NCBI GenBank assembly: GCA_001788925.1
Contig: MFXS01000004.1
Location: forward strand, 50,464-114,463
Source of the DNA: Candidatus Peribacteria bacterium RIFCSPHIGHO2_01_FULL_55_13
Lineage (GTDB): Bacteria; Patescibacteriota; Gracilibacteria; Peribacterales; Peribacteraceae
Direction: 5' to 3'
DNA length: 64,000 nt
Positions 63,561 to 64,000 of the stretch are shown piece by piece. Numbering within the stretch: the first letter of the stretch is position 1; every line of letters begins with the position of its first letter. The position numbers and the translations under genes were made by a program. Under the pieces are notes generated by a model. That model saw only the letters and a program-made list of their open reading frames with translations. It searched no databases and was not told the origin of the DNA.

Positions 63561-63898
63561 GGGCGGGTGATGGTTGCTTTCACTCCACGCACCCCTGGCA
63601 GAGGCTCTTTCCAGACGGAGACTTTCACGGATTCAGGATTATACAATGCAATGATCATCGCTGCGATGTCCTCCGCGAGCCTTTCGATCGTTTTGCGTTC
63701 GGTCTTGGCAAGCGCGCGGACCTCATTTGTCAGCATTTCATAGTCGATGCCCTTGGAAACGTCATCAGACTTTCCGACAGGAGAGAGATCGCCCTGGAGC
63801 TCAATCGTCACGAGGATCCGTTGCTCCGCTTTGCGTTCCTCATCGGGGACGCCGATGCGGGTCCAGAGCTCGAGATCGGTGATGGTCAGCGTATCCAT
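63557..63898 (-). CDS. folB: dihydroneopterin aldolase
   Basis: MDTLTITDLELWTRIGVPDEERKAEQRILVTIEL; the frame stays open upstream to the window edge. Confidence 0.8.
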   Translation of the reverse strand: MDTLTITDLELWTRIGVPDEERKAEQRILVTIELQGDLSPVGKSDDVSKGIDYEMLTNEVRALAKTERKTIERLAEDIAAMIIALYNPESVKVSVWKEPLPGVRGVKATITRP

Positions 63899-64000
63899 CG
63901 AGGTTAGGACGGCATTTCCTGCTTTCGCTTCACTCCGAAGAGCTCCGACCGCTGCGCCAGCGGCGTTGCAGCGATTCTTTTCGCCAGCCACTTGGTGACA

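Noticed and set aside
63899-64000. N-terminal extension or fusion of folB (frame open to the window edge)
   Set aside because: The canonical aldolase N-terminus begins at M 63898, and the window ends before this can be resolved. Noted but not called.

Overview
Gene-dense bacterial chromosomal segment with about 72 protein genes, one canonical tRNA-Ser(CGA) and one aberrant tRNA-like element. I found no rRNA, CRISPR array, transposase, integrase or phage genes. Layout: (i) 1-15.4 kb is a cell-surface glycan locus. It holds several GT2/GT4/GT39-like transferases, GtrA, gmd, a NUDIX hydrolase, a cupin, an NDP-hexose C-methyltransferase, a DegT aminotransferase, an SGNH esterase and a carbamoyltransferase with SxtJ/DUF5989-like partners. 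(ii) The remainder is mostly housekeeping: rpmB, arfB, prfB with its programmed +1 frameshift, infC-rpmI-rplT, trmD, gpmI, guaA, efp, gatB, def, nth, glnA, thyA-folA and folE-folK-folB. It also carries an ADP-forming acetyl-CoA synthetase/flavodoxin/2-oxoacid:ferredoxin oxidoreductase module, an ECF sigma/anti-sigma pair and extracytoplasmic thiol-redox proteins, interspersed with AT-richer orphan genes. Gene content (DUF5667-type anti-sigma, fermentative module, many small secreted orphans, almost no Shine-Dalgarno motifs) suggests an uncultivated CPR/Peregrinibacteria-like lineage; this is inference only. The most unusual signal is not a gene cassette but a dense population of micro-repeats. 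One is a family of stop-codon-free, 7-nt-periodic repeat modules at more than 35 loci. These form hairpins that fill intergenic gaps from codon to codon, and they are also read through in frame inside guaA, korA, acetyl-CoA synthetase, folK, wecG, a 2-epimerase, an O-antigen-ligase-like gene and others. The second is a 25-nt element flanked by 8-nt direct repeats, so each insertion adds 33 nt and stays in frame. The third is a ~90-nt two-hairpin repeat with compensatory base changes. Together they look like an in-frame-tolerated micro-mobilome analogous to Rickettsia palindromic elements. All coordinates and protein-family calls come from reading the sequence and ORF translations; no database search was possible.
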